IMG/VR virus record: IMGVR_UViG_2778261562_000001 | DNA: 26,627 nt | Reading direction: 5' to 3' (one strand) | Origin: an uncultured virus (IMG/VR IMGVR_UViG_2778261562_000001) | Taxonomy: Duplodnaviria > Heunggongvirae > Uroviricota > Caudoviricetes | Part shown: positions 19,612 through 26,627 of the stretch, one piece after another | Layout of the letters: the number at the start of each line of letters is the position of its first letter | How positions within the stretch are numbered: position 1 is the first letter of the stretch | The notes under the pieces: model-generated | Seen by the model: the letters and a program-made list of their open reading frames with translations, nothing else | The model's database searches: none | What the model was told of the DNA's origin: nothing | Position numbers and translations under genes: made by a program

Positions 19612-19995
19612 TTATAAATATACGTTCAACATTTCTTTTTTAAAATCTTTAAGAGTTAAATGTTGTTTAGCTTTTAAACCAACAGTAACATCTTTAATAG
19701 CCAGTCTCCATCTATTATTTAAGATAAATTCACTAAAATTATGAGATACTTTAGCTTTAGTAATTTCAGTATTCTCTAATATATCTTTAATATCTTTAGG
19801 AAGACTATCAATAACTCCTAATAAATTATTACTAATACCGCCTTGGTAATTTTTACTAATAGTAGCATTAAGTGATAACGGAATGTACACAGTAGTATTA
19901 AAATTACTGTGCTTAACTTTTTTAGATTTAACCTTTTTCTTTTTAATAGGTTTATCTATTTTTCTTTTGGTGTTAGTAAGCGATTTTAGTTTCAT
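19612..19995 (-). CDS. Basic hypothetical protein
   Basis: 127 aa; starts MKLKSLTN followed by a lysine-rich tract. Confidence 0.7.
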   Translation of the reverse strand: MKLKSLTNTKRKIDKPIKKKKVKSKKVKHSNFNTTVYIPLSLNATISKNYQGGISNNLLGVIDSLPKDIKDILENTEITKAKVSHNFSEFILNNRWRLAIKDVTVGLKAKQHLTLKDFKKEMLNVYL

Positions 19996-20123
19996 GGGTA
20001 CAGGTTAAAGATTAGTATTGTGAATATTATTAAAGATATTCCTATAAATATAAAACTAAAATACAATAAAGTTTTATCAGAAGGTCTAATCTTAATATTT
20101 TTAAGTCTATTAAAATATTTCAT
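19992..20123 (-). CDS. Small single-TM protein (43 aa); not in the track
   Basis: MKIFNRLKNIKIRPSDKTLLYFSFIFIGISLIIFTILIFNLYP; ATGA overlaps at both ends. Confidence 0.7.
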   Translation of the reverse strand: MKYFNRLKNIKIRPSDKTLLYFSFIFIGISLIIFTILIFNLYP

Positions 20124-20245
20124 ATCTGTAAAAAGGGTTTTATAATATAGGAAATAATCTTGACCATAATTAATGTTATAATCAAGACTATTCCCAATAC
20201 TATTGAAATTAACAAAGACACAAGTTTATGTATAGCTTCACTCAT
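20120..20245 (-). CDS. Small single-TM protein (41 aa); not in the track
   Basis: MSEAIHKLVSLLISIVLGIVLIITLIMVKIISYIIKPFLQI; overlaps neighbours by 8 and 4 nt. Confidence 0.7.
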   Translation of the reverse strand: MSEAIHKLVSLLISIVLGIVLIITLIMVKIISYIIKPFLQI

Positions 20246-20333
20246 TAGATATTAACTTATATATGACAAAGATAATTAAAACAATGAAATAGAGGACGAT
20301 ACAATATCCTAAAATATCAACACCCTTATACAT
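20238..20333 (-). CDS. Small single-TM protein (31 aa); not in the track
   Basis: MYKGVDILGYCIVLYFIVLIIFVIYKLISNE; overlaps both neighbours by 8 nt. Confidence 0.62.
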   Translation of the reverse strand: MYKGVDILGYCIVLYFIVLIIFVIYKLISNE

Positions 20334-20526
20334 CGTGAACCTCTTGAATGATGCGTTCAGAGTTTTCAATAAAACGTCTCTTAACTTCAGCTATAATCTT
20401 TTTACCTTCAGCTAGTGTAAATTCTTTAGTAATAGTATCAGCAAAATCTCTAGCTAAATGTATTTCAGAACTTAGACCATCTGTAATAGAAGGAAGCTTT
20501 TTAAGTTTGTTTGTAATACTAGTCAT
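20326..20526 (-). CDS. Hypothetical protein
   Basis: 66-aa helical-looking ORF in the operon. Confidence 0.65.
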   Translation of the reverse strand: MTSITNKLKKLPSITDGLSSEIHLARDFADTITKEFTLAEGKKIIAEVKRRFIENSERIIQEVHDV

Positions 20527-20530
20527 AATA

Positions 20531-20878
20531 TTAATATTTACGGAGATAAGTATCCATTATTACTATTTTAACTGCTTCATCCTTAACTTCAAACTCTATA
20601 GCTTTTTTAAGAATACGTTTCCATCTACCATCATTCCATCTTAAAGTAAGACCTTTGATAGCATATTTACCATTAGGTAAATCAGTCACAAAATCGTAGA
20701 CACCATTATTCTGTTTTACAGGGAGTCCACCATAAGAGCCTTGAATATATTCAATATCAACATAATCAAAGCGTTCCGGAGTGATGATTCTAATATCAAC
20801 TCTATGCTCTAAAGATATATCATCCTTAGAGCAAGAGTTCATAACTATTAACACCACAAGAATTACTAATTGTTTCAT
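20531..20878 (-). CDS. Lipoprotein
   Basis: MKQLVILVVLIVMNS-CSKDD: signal peptide II, lipobox Cys and a K-D-D export-like motif. Confidence 0.8.
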   Translation of the reverse strand: MKQLVILVVLIVMNSCSKDDISLEHRVDIRIITPERFDYVDIEYIQGSYGGLPVKQNNGVYDFVTDLPNGKYAIKGLTLRWNDGRWKRILKKAIEFEVKDEAVKIVIMDTYLRKY

Positions 20879-20978
20879 AGTTATTTGTAATTTAAGTAGT
20901 ATTATTGAGTACTACAGTTTAATTGAAAGATTGGGCAATCTCTACAAATTCATTAAATCTATTATCAAATTGTAATAT

Positions 20979-21152
20979 TTATTCTATAATATAATTATAA
21001 GAATTTTCAATTTCGTTAATAATAGCTCTAACATCTATAAATTTATAAGGACTTCTTTCCCTATAATAAGAATAGTGGGGTCGTATGATATTGACATCGT
21101 TCATACAAAGATTACGATTCAAATGCAGCAGGAATAGTAGATAATCATCCAT
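20979..21152 (-). CDS. Hypothetical protein
   Basis: Likely start at ATG 21152 (MDDYLL), overlapping the upstream stop. Confidence 0.5.
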   Translation of the reverse strand: MDDYLLFLLHLNRNLCMNDVNIIRPHYSYYRERSPYKFIDVRAIINEIENSYNYIIE

Positions 21153-21510
21153 TTTCTTTACTATTATTATAACTAAAGTCAATTTTCATAGTTTCAAAAC
21201 CTAATTCAAGAAGTCCTTCTTTAATAATTAAAGCACATCCTTGATAAATAGGTTTAAAATAATCTTTAGGACAAGCTTTAAGTCTAACATCTACATGAAT
21301 AGCAGATTTATAACTTTTAAACACTATAACTTCAATATCAAGAAACTCTTTCACACCTTTTCTAGTAAGTGTTATAGGTTTTGGGCTATCATTAAGACCT
21401 TTAGATAGTTTACTTAATATCATAAACTCACGTAAAGGCCCGTATTTAAACTTTTTAAACTTTAGTATCAATAGATACAATTCTGATTTAAGGTATATTA
21501 GTAATCTCAT
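21145..21510 (-). CDS. Hypothetical protein
   Basis: 121 aa; ATGA overlap with the upstream gene. Confidence 0.65.
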   Translation of the reverse strand: MRLLIYLKSELYLLILKFKKFKYGPLREFMILSKLSKGLNDSPKPITLTRKGVKEFLDIEVIVFKSYKSAIHVDVRLKACPKDYFKPIYQGCALIIKEGLLELGFETMKIDFSYNNSKENG

Positions 21511-21749
21511 AAGTTTGTTCTTAATACAACGTTGTGATATGAATCTAATTCTAAAGGTTTAACAGTAACTTCAAATGTAACAAATCCAAAGGTATTCTTA
21601 TAATTATCTTTGAAAGAGTTAAAATAAGCTACAGTAGAATTTATACCTACTTTATCTTCTTTATTAAAGTAGTAATGGTCAGTAGAAACAGCAGCACCAA
21701 GATGTTCTTGTTTCTTAACCTCAACGATGACAATATTTTTAGTGTCCAT
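21507..21749 (-). CDS. Hypothetical protein
   Basis: 80 aa; coupled to neighbours. Confidence 0.65.
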   Translation of the reverse strand: MDTKNIVIVEVKKQEHLGAAVSTDHYYFNKEDKVGINSTVAYFNSFKDNYKNTFGFVTFEVTVKPLELDSYHNVVLRTNL

Positions 21750-22029
21750 TGATAGTTCTTTTAATAGCGATTAGTTCAATAAATCTTTTATAAATAGATA
21801 CAAACTGTTCAAAACTAGTAATGTTCTCTATAGGAAGTCTATTAATATTAACTTGAATATGGTCGTTATAAACATGCATATCTATGTTAACATTAATTAG
21901 AGTATCGTTAATATCTACATAAGTTTTTGTAAATTCTACTAAGATACTATGGTCACCTCGTTCTATTTCATCATAGTTTAAACCAATGACAAAATTACGA
22001 CAATCTATATAAACAGTTTCAATACTCAT
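21739..22029 (-). CDS. Hypothetical protein
   Basis: 96 aa; ATGA overlap with the upstream gene. Confidence 0.65.
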   Translation of the reverse strand: MSIETVYIDCRNFVIGLNYDEIERGDHSILVEFTKTYVDINDTLINVNIDMHVYNDHIQVNINRLPIENITSFEQFVSIYKRFIELIAIKRTINGH

Positions 22030-22313
22030 AACAAGTCTATTGTTAGTATCTTACCTTCTTTTACCCAACCTTCGACTTTATTAATAATACGAAGTTGTTT
22101 AGGTCTACCTTTCTTAGATTTACCTCTCTTAATATCTTTGTATTCTTTGATGAGGTCAAGAACAGGTTGTTCAAGTCTAAAAGGTACTTTAGGTTTAAGA
22201 GCATTAAGTTTCTTGCTATCATTAGTATTACTTTTAGGCTCTTCAACAGTACTAGCTATTAAGCCATACATTGCAGCTAAACTAGCTAATTTATAAACAT
22301 TTGATTTTTTCAT
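22026..22313 (-). CDS. Hypothetical protein with hydrophobic N-terminal segment
   Basis: 95 aa; LASLAAMYGLIA segment, basic C-terminus. Confidence 0.65.
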   Translation of the reverse strand: MKKSNVYKLASLAAMYGLIASTVEEPKSNTNDSKKLNALKPKVPFRLEQPVLDLIKEYKDIKRGKSKKGRPKQLRIINKVEGWVKEGKILTIDLL

Positions 22314-22328
22314 GGGATTAGGTGTTGT

Positions 22329-22369
22329 AATAAATACAATAGTAAGATAATAATATCCTACTATTGTAT
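22329..22369 (-). terminator. Intergenic 16-bp hairpin, probable terminator or processing site
   Basis: AUACAAUAGUAGGAUA-UUAU-UAUCUUACUAUUGUAU; the single imperfection is G.U only on the minus strand; followed by UUAUU. Confidence 0.6.
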
Positions 22370-22376
22370 CTATAGA

Positions 22377-23669
22377 TTAATAATTGGTAAAATCAGGAAT
22401 ACCATCTTCTTCAATCTCTTCTGTAATAAAAGCGATATTATCAGCAGGAGAAGGGATATTAGTACGTTTTCCTTTATAAGTAATATTTAACCACTTATAA
22501 GTACCGTCAAGTTTTTTAATCAATTCAGCATAGTGTTGATTAGACCTAAGTACTTGACCGGTTTTAAGAACAATGTGATTAACAGGTAATTTACTTTCCT
22601 CTTCAATAGTTTCACCACTATGAATATTATGAGGTTTAAGAAAGCCAGTCTGTAATAACTCTAGTACATCCTTTAAAGGGAGTAAATGATTTACTAACTC
22701 TTTCTCTCTAAATCTCATTTGATAACCTTTCTCAAATCCTAAGAATACTAATATAGCGCCTTTTTCAAGATGTCCAAAAGGCTTTTCTACTACATAACCA
22801 GTAATATCTTTAGGAAATACTATAGGATACTCAACAGCTGAACTAACTCCTTGATTGCTTACAATCTTAGTAAGATTATTTGCATGTGATTCAAAGTAAT
22901 ATACATCACCATTTAAAGTAGAAACTGTTATACCTTCACCAAGAAGACGATTGTCTTCAGTTATTAAAGCAGGAGAATTAACTCTCCAACCAGTAGCAAT
23001 TATCTTAGAATGAATATGTATTACTACATCCCCTTTAGTATAATAATTCTCAACCATAGNAGTGTTACTATTAGTATCAACAACTTTAATATCTTGCTTA
23101 ANCATTTCAGTACGAANATCTTCATAAACAGTAATAACATTNTTATCTACTTGAAATTTAAANGCATTAANACTCATAGGAAGATACTTATCACCACCCA
23201 TTTCTCTGAACATCATAAGTCTTTTNTTATAGAANTGAGAGAATCTATATCTATCATCTTTATAATATTTNACAGATTGAGTAAATTCAGGAACAGGAAC
23301 AGTAAAAGTATCATTAACTACAAATGTATGGTCTTCAGTAATAGGTATATCACTTATAGCAATACTTCCTTTTTTAATAGCTTTCATCAACTCTTTAACA
23401 TTGAGAGTATAATTAATAGTAGAGCTCTTATCTATTAGTTCTATAGCTGACATACTACTAGATGCTCTATCTACAACAAAATCAATTTTAGAAGCTTTAT
23501 GGCTTATCTTACCTGTACATCTTAGTACAAGACCAGCAGGTAAAGTAAGTTCAGGTTTAAATAAACAAGCAGTACTAACATGAATACGTATGTTAGGAAT
23601 GAAGATAAGTTCAATAGGCTTATCAGGAGTTTTAAAATATTCTTTATTAACAAAGTTTAAAGGTATCAT
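22377..23669 (-). CDS. Hypothetical protein, about 430 aa
   Basis: Long ORF; likely start at ATG 23669 (MIPLNF). No motif recognised. Confidence 0.8.
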   Translation of the reverse strand: MIPLNFVNKEYFKTPDKPIELIFIPNIRIHVSTACLFKPELTLPAGLVLRCTGKISHKASKIDFVVDRASSSMSAIELIDKSSTINYTLNVKELMKAIKKGSIAISDIPITEDHTFVVNDTFTVPVPEFTQSXKYYKDDRYRFSXFYXKRLMMFREMGGDKYLPMSXNXFKFQVDXNVITVYEDXRTEMXKQDIKVVDTNSNTXMVENYYTKGDVVIHIHSKIIATGWRVNSPALITEDNRLLGEGITVSTLNGDVYYFESHANNLTKIVSNQGVSSAVEYPIVFPKDITGYVVEKPFGHLEKGAILVFLGFEKGYQMRFREKELVNHLLPLKDVLELLQTGFLKPHNIHSGETIEEESKLPVNHIVLKTGQVLRSNQHYAELIKKLDGTYKWLNITYKGKRTNIPSPADNIAFITEEIEEDGIPDFTNY

Positions 23670-23679
23670 AATAATAAGT

Positions 23680-24087
23680 TTAAGGTCTAACGAAATGGTC
23701 GTAACACAACACATTTAAAAATGAGTTGAATAAAGGTATAAACTCTTTCAAGTTACCCGCAGTTCCAAGGTACGTTTCATTAATACGTACTTCTACTATT
23801 TCACCTGCATTAAGATTACATCTAATGTTAAGTTCATCAGTATAGTGAGAGTTCGTATAAGTATAGTAGAATAACTGTACTTTTAATATACTCTTAGGAG
23901 TATAAGTAGCGATTTCAGTATAATACTCTTGTTCAAGATAAGTCATAATATCTTGAAGAACAAAATGCTTTTTAAGTTCTTCTCTAACTTTAATAGCTTT
24001 ATTAGCAGCTTCAATAATACCTTTATCAACTTTAGTAGTATCAATGGTATCTAGCAATGCTTTAAGGATTATAATAGGTGTTGCCAT
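23680..24087 (-). CDS. Hypothetical protein
   Basis: 135-aa ORF. Confidence 0.7.
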   Translation of the reverse strand: MATPIIILKALLDTIDTTKVDKGIIEAANKAIKVREELKKHFVLQDIMTYLEQEYYTEIATYTPKSILKVQLFYYTYTNSHYTDELNIRCNLNAGEIVEVRINETYLGTAGNLKEFIPLFNSFLNVLCYDHFVRP

Positions 24088-24093
24088 AATTAA

Positions 24094-24555
24094 TTATTTT
24101 TTAGGTTTTAAAGGAGGTTTAAGAGCATAAAAAGGTATCTTAGAAGTATATCCTTTTAATGCAGCTTTAAATTCAGGTAAATTAGTAACTGTAACACATG
24201 CTCTACCATTAAATACTACAGCAACATTTTTACTGTCTTGTCTATTTTGTAATAAAAGAATACTTAAATCTCTTCTTTTAACAGCATCTGGAAAAGGTAA
24301 ATATTGTAATACAAGAGATATAGCAACATCATTAATACCAGTCTTAGCATCAATATGATGATTATCTTTGATGTAATCGATAATAGTATTAATAGTAAAC
24401 ATACCAAGTGTACCGTATTCTTCTAGTAATACTTTCTCAATTTCTTTATTAAGCTTACTGTCAAGATAAAGAGTATTAACTTCACTATATAGTCTCTTTA
24501 GTAATTCTAAAGCTTTATTTGGATTTTCCATGATATGTAATTTAAGGTCATACAT
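24094..24555 (-). CDS. Hypothetical protein
   Basis: 153-aa ORF; alternative start at MENPN. Confidence 0.7.
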   Translation of the reverse strand: MYDLKLHIMENPNKALELLKRLYSEVNTLYLDSKLNKEIEKVLLEEYGTLGMFTINTIIDYIKDNHHIDAKTGINDVAISLVLQYLPFPDAVKRRDLSILLLQNRQDSKNVAVVFNGRACVTVTNLPEFKAALKGYTSKIPFYALKPPLKPKK

Positions 24556-24977
24556 TATAGCTATTAAGTATATATTACATGATTAGTACTAGTATCACAG
24601 TCAGTAAGTTATGCTGTAATATTGTTATTATGTACATTAGTACATGGTGCAAATTGTGATTCGGTACTATATGCTATATTACTTTTATTAGCAGGTTGAG
24701 GATTATTATTTGTAGTATGAGTTTTATATACTTATTGATTAGTGGGAATGACACTATTTGGTTTTTTACTGGGAATAGTAGTAGGAACAACAGCATCAGC
24801 AGCAGCAACACCCACATCAAAAAAAAATATTAAAAAATATTAATAAATATTAGGTTATTATAAAAATAACAAGTACCTTCGCTTCGTTATCGTGTCGCGA
24901 GAACCTCGGTACAAAGATATAAGGGCAGATTGTGTCCTGTGTTATGACCGTATTGCGCCTTATTAAGTGTCATATTT

Positions 24978-25004
24978 AGTACTAGTGAATCTAGTACTTT
25001 TTTT
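24978..25004 (+). terminator. Terminator-like hairpin oriented on the plus strand
   Basis: AGTACTAG-TGAAT-CTAGTACT followed by TTTTTT. Confidence 0.45.
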
Positions 25005-25094
25005 ATGCCTATAAGTACAGGAAATGAGGTTACTAATGCTACTAATGTTGTTATGAACATATTTACAGGAAATCTAAGTAGCAGCTGTGATGAT

Positions 25095-25132
25095 AAAAGT
25101 ATCCCTGCTACTGTTGGTACAATAACAGGGAT
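25095..25132 (-). terminator. Probable intrinsic terminator
   Basis: AUCCCUGUUAUUGU-ACCA-ACAGUAGCAGGGAU (14 bp, two G.U pairs) then ACUUUU, downstream of the 25157 ORF. Confidence 0.65.
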
Positions 25133-25156
25133 TGAGTAAGTAGATGCTATGAGAGA

Positions 25157-25363
25157 CTATAGCCTACTTAGCCATTGAATAAAGCCAGCTACCTTTAAGC
25201 CTTTATATGCTGCTACAATTAGTGCAAAACCTAATAGTTTTAGTACTAAAAATCGGGGAAAGTTGTCTATTGCTGCATCACCTAGTATAAAGATGATTGC
25301 AACAAAGAACATGCATAAGCAAGAAAAGATAAAGATAGCTGATAATAGATTAGTATTTTTCAT
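25157..25363 (-). CDS. Small two-TM membrane protein
   Basis: 68 aa with two hydrophobic segments. Confidence 0.7.
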   Translation of the reverse strand: MKNTNLLSAIFIFSCLCMFFVAIIFILGDAAIDNFPRFLVLKLLGFALIVAAYKGLKVAGFIQWLSRL

Positions 25364-25381
25364 GGTAGTAAGAATTTGAGT

Positions 25382-25561
25382 TTATTTGTATGAATAGTTA
25401 AAGGTAGTAGTTCTAAGTCTACTTCTACAGTTCTTAGTAGTGTGAATATCAGTAACCTCAACCTTGGCACGAATGTTACGTGCTGTTAAATAGTTGATTA
25501 TTGCTTGACCTACATTTTGAGGTGCTTGTGTTACTATTTCTACTGGTATTGAATGTGTCAT
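25382..25561 (-). CDS. Small hypothetical protein (59 aa); not in the track
   Basis: MTHSIPVEIVTQAPQNVGQAIINYLTARNIRAKVEVTDIHTTKNCRSRLRTTTFNYSYK; A-rich leader; fills the gap between genes. Confidence 0.6.
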   Translation of the reverse strand: MTHSIPVEIVTQAPQNVGQAIINYLTARNIRAKVEVTDIHTTKNCRSRLRTTTFNYSYK

Positions 25562-25614
25562 TGTGGGTTTTATTTTTAAAGGTGGAAAACTAAGTTACAG
25601 TTGCAATGATAATA

Positions 25615-25646
25615 GGTGCATCCGTGCTGTTACACACGGACACACC
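25615..25646 (-). terminator. GC-rich hairpin after the 25662 ORF
   Basis: GGUGUGUCCGUG-8 nt-CACGGAUGCACC with G.U pairs on the minus strand; weak U tract. Confidence 0.55.
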
Positions 25647-25661
25647 ATTACCAATAGGAGA

Positions 25662-26255
25662 CTACTCTTCGGTTTCAGTAGTTACAGCAGCTTGTTCAGC
25701 CATAACTGCTTGCATAACCTCTTCAGGAATGTCGTTCTCATCGATAGCAGCACTATCATTAGAACTAGGAGCAGCAGGACTACTGAATAGACCAAGAGCA
25801 GCAGCTTGAGCAGCAGCCATTGCATCGGCATTAATCTCCAAGGTCTGTCTTACAACAGATGGCTCCATGAAGAGAAATCCTTCAACGATACAACCGTCTT
25901 TCTCACGCTTTCTCTTGTCACCAAGCTTGAACTTACCATAATCAGGATGGTTAGTATCGGTAAGAACACTACTATACTCATTGATAGTATATTCTTCACC
26001 TGCTTTAGTGAACTTGAAATCGCCCTCGATGTTACCACCTCTTAGAGCAACCTTCTGCTTAGCAAGCACAGGATGCTTAATACTGGTAATAAAGCGAGCA
26101 TCAACGCCGCCTAGTCTACCAGATTCATCAAGGTCTGTAACAAATTGCTTTAAGCCCCTAACAATAGGATTGGCATTAGCAGTTGTGTAAATTAGTGCAT
26201 AAGAAACACCATTACTTTCCAATAGAGCGATTTTAGTGATTTGAGCTCTTTTCAT
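25662..26255 (-). CDS. Hypothetical early protein with Ala-rich acidic tail
   Basis: 197 aa; first credible gene of the leftward block. Confidence 0.8.
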   Translation of the reverse strand: MKRAQITKIALLESNGVSYALIYTTANANPIVRGLKQFVTDLDESGRLGGVDARFITSIKHPVLAKQKVALRGGNIEGDFKFTKAGEEYTINEYSSVLTDTNHPDYGKFKLGDKRKREKDGCIVEGFLFMEPSVVRQTLEINADAMAAAQAAALGLFSSPAAPSSNDSAAIDENDIPEEVMQAVMAEQAAVTTETEE

Positions 26256-26397
26256 AATAAATAAGATTTAAATTCCCGACAATCAGTTAAGCGTTTGACA
26301 ACATGGACGGGGCATGTTAATCCGCAAAATTTAGCTATGGGTTTCTTTAAGGGTGGTTCTCCCATTCACACACGCACCAAAATTTCCATCATCTCCC

Positions 26398-26439
26398 ATA
26401 CCAATAATAATATTACAAGTAATACCAATAATAATATTA
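26398..26439. repeat. Two copies of 18-bp ATACCAATAATAATATTA, 24-bp period
   Basis: Exact copies at 26398-26415 and 26422-26439. Confidence 0.7.
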
Positions 26440-26627
26440 TTACTAATAACATCACCAACCACATCGCCAATATCAAAACAAGGGGGGGGGCAAATAGTAA
26501 AGGAACTATAGGTGGGGGTTGTACAGACGTTATTGGTAAAAATAATTTGTATAGTAAGGATAAACATAGTATGTTTGCTATGTCTTTAATTTGCACTTTT
26601 ACCTATTTGCCTGTAAAGGCCCTTAAT

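Noticed and set aside
20267..20274. TATCTTTG as a Bacteroidota promoter
   Set aside because: It lies within the Ile-Ile-Phe-Val codons of the 31-aa ORF and has no -33 box; probably coincidental.
23060..23271. Diversity-generating retroelement variable region
   Set aside because: Ns are not at the first or second positions of AAY codons, and no reverse transcriptase or template repeat is seen in the window.
24674..24817. 47-aa Leu-rich minus-strand ORF (MWVLLLL...)
   Set aside because: It is produced by CTG/CTA triplet repeats, has a U-rich rather than A-rich leader and is not coupled to neighbouring genes.
1414..26190. Plus-strand and nested short ORFs in the track (for example 1418-1660, 4009-4266, 7614-7889, 18575-18883, 23010-23438, 25981-26190)
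   Set aside because: They are shadows of longer minus-strand genes, with the I/F/L/N-rich composition typical of AT-rich off-frames.
26331..26596. Two overlapping hydrophobic ORFs across the G tract
   Set aside because: They arise from low-complexity repeats, overlap each other almost fully and lack typical leaders; not supportable as genes.
1..26627. Stop-codon reassignment as in some crAss-like phages
   Set aside because: Genes are intact in the standard code, and TAG and TGA both end genes at sensible boundaries (for example 9629, 18224, 13505).
1..26627. tRNA genes or CRISPR arrays
   Set aside because: No cloverleaf with a T-loop and no regularly spaced repeat array was seen by eye.

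Overview
An AT-rich fragment of a tailed dsDNA phage genome, most consistent with a crAss-like (Crassvirales-type) phage of a Bacteroidota host; this is inferred from gene content, A-rich Shine-Dalgarno-less starts and a Bacteroidota-type lipoprotein. All credible genes are on the minus strand. From right to left: small early or accessory genes, three tiny overlapping membrane ORFs missing from the track, a Dda-like helicase, a family A DNA polymerase split by a group I intron carrying a LAGLIDADG endonuclease, a DUF6011-like protein, an SF2 helicase, a DnaB-like helicase, a RecT-like annealase, a probable SSB, primase, a RusA-like resolvase, ATP-dependent ligase, an rIIA-like GHKL protein and a truncated amidoligase-like gene. 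Highlights: (1) four unrelated proteins, including the intron endonuclease, begin with MK[LFM][KR]SLT[NS] written with different codons; (2) the intron sits in the Phe762-equivalent codon of PolA, with its guide sequence inside the last endonuclease codons and a competing hairpin at the 5' splice site; (3) three translationally coupled single-TM microproteins lie next to a lipoprotein. All calls are from reading motifs by eye; no searches were run.
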